From Nitrospinota bacterium (GTDB lineage Bacteria > UBA8248): a DNA stretch of 49,822 bases. The notes beneath the pieces were generated by a model. It saw only the letters and a list, made by a program, of their open reading frames with translations. It was not told the origin of the DNA and did no database searches. Each line of letters begins with the position of its first letter. Positions within the stretch are counted from its first letter, which is position 1. Location of the stretch: positions 1 through 49,822 of the forward strand of contig JAYGFR010000120.1 in NCBI GenBank assembly GCA_046581755.1. Direction: 5' to 3'. Below are positions 49,214 through 49,822 of the stretch, piece by piece. The position numbers were made by a program, and so were the translations under genes.

Positions 49214-49738
49214 TCAGGAGGCGGAATAAGGGTCCAGGTATTTTTCCCACCGCATGTGGGGCGAGACCGTCTGGCGCGGGTTCATCCACTCGAAGGGGTA
49301 GTAGTGGGGCTTGCGCGCGGGACGGCGCAGGCGCAGCCCGGCCTCCCCGGGCAGGCGGTTTCCCTTGCGGGCGTTGCACCTGCGGCAGCAGCAGACGACG
49401 TTCTCCCAGTTCGTCCGGCCTCCCTTGGAGAGGGGAAGAATATGATCGAGCGTCAGGTGATCCCCCGAGCCGCAGTACTGGCAGGCATGTTCGTCCCGGC
49501 GGAAGACGTTTTTCTTCGAAAAGGGGACCTCGGCCTTTCGGGGAATCTTGACATAGCGCAGGAGGCGGATGACGGCAGGCAGGCGGAATTCGAGCCTCTC
49601 GCTGCGGACCATGAACCCGTCCTCCTCGATGGTCTCCGCCTTTCCGAGAAGCATCATCCGCACCGCCCGGCGCGCGCCGCAGACGTTGATCGGCTCGTAG
49701 GTCTGGTTGAGCACAAGCACGCGCACGGATTGGATCAT
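49214..49738 (-). CDS. HNH endonuclease (McrA/HNH_5-like)
   Basis: 174 aa; VLVLN.TYEP, RD...CQYCG, LTLDHILP.SKGG...WEN.VCCC..CN..K. ATG 49738 with GGAGG SD. Confidence 0.9.
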   Translation of the reverse strand: MIQSVRVLVLNQTYEPINVCGARRAVRMMLLGKAETIEEDGFMVRSERLEFRLPAVIRLLRYVKIPRKAEVPFSKKNVFRRDEHACQYCGSGDHLTLDHILPLSKGGRTNWENVVCCCRRCNARKGNRLPGEAGLRLRRPARKPHYYPFEWMNPRQTVSPHMRWEKYLDPYSAS

Positions 49739-49822
49739 GCCACCTCCCTCGGCCGGACGGAATCTCGGGCAAAACACGGATATTCGGTTGCTGACTGGGA
49801 ACCCTTTATCGTATTTCAGGGC

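Overview
A GC-rich (roughly 65-70% by eye) chromosomal window from a diderm, LPS-producing bacterium, densely packed with housekeeping and cell-envelope genes. I found no rRNA, tRNA, CRISPR array, IS or prophage. From left to right: ino1 (+) converges on dapA (-) at a strong terminator; dacA (+) has a near-consensus sigma70 promoter; a ~17 kb translationally coupled minus-strand LPS core operon follows (waaF [frameshifted], gmhB, hldA, hldC, waaC, UDP-sugar epimerase, Trm112/YcaR, GT2, two GT4, msbA, GT4, NodU/CmcH carbamoyltransferase, two GT4, SAM methyltransferase, O-antigen ligase). Next comes an oppositely oriented methyltransferase-lptF-lptG block, then a ~25 kb minus-strand run (HNH nuclease, uvrB, uvrC, lnt, prfB with +1 programmed frameshift, lysS, lolC/E, lolD, clpC, bamA, skp, lpxD, fabZ, lpxA, GnnA-like oxidoreductase, lpxI, lpxB, DUF374/LpxJ, waaA, lpxK). 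I cannot demonstrate a wholly new system from sequence alone. The best leads are: (1) waaF split by a 1-nt frame break at a T7 run plus hairpin; (2) a carbamoyl/methyl tailoring module inside the LPS core operon; (3) a LolC/E with an ~88-aa membrane insertion apparently formed by duplication of TM1; (4) an LpxA with substitutions at normally conserved substrate-binding residues next to a GnnA-like gene; (5) an AT-rich codon patch over lolD ahead of a ClpC embedded in the outer-membrane biogenesis operon. All product calls come from recognising motifs by eye; no database searches were run.
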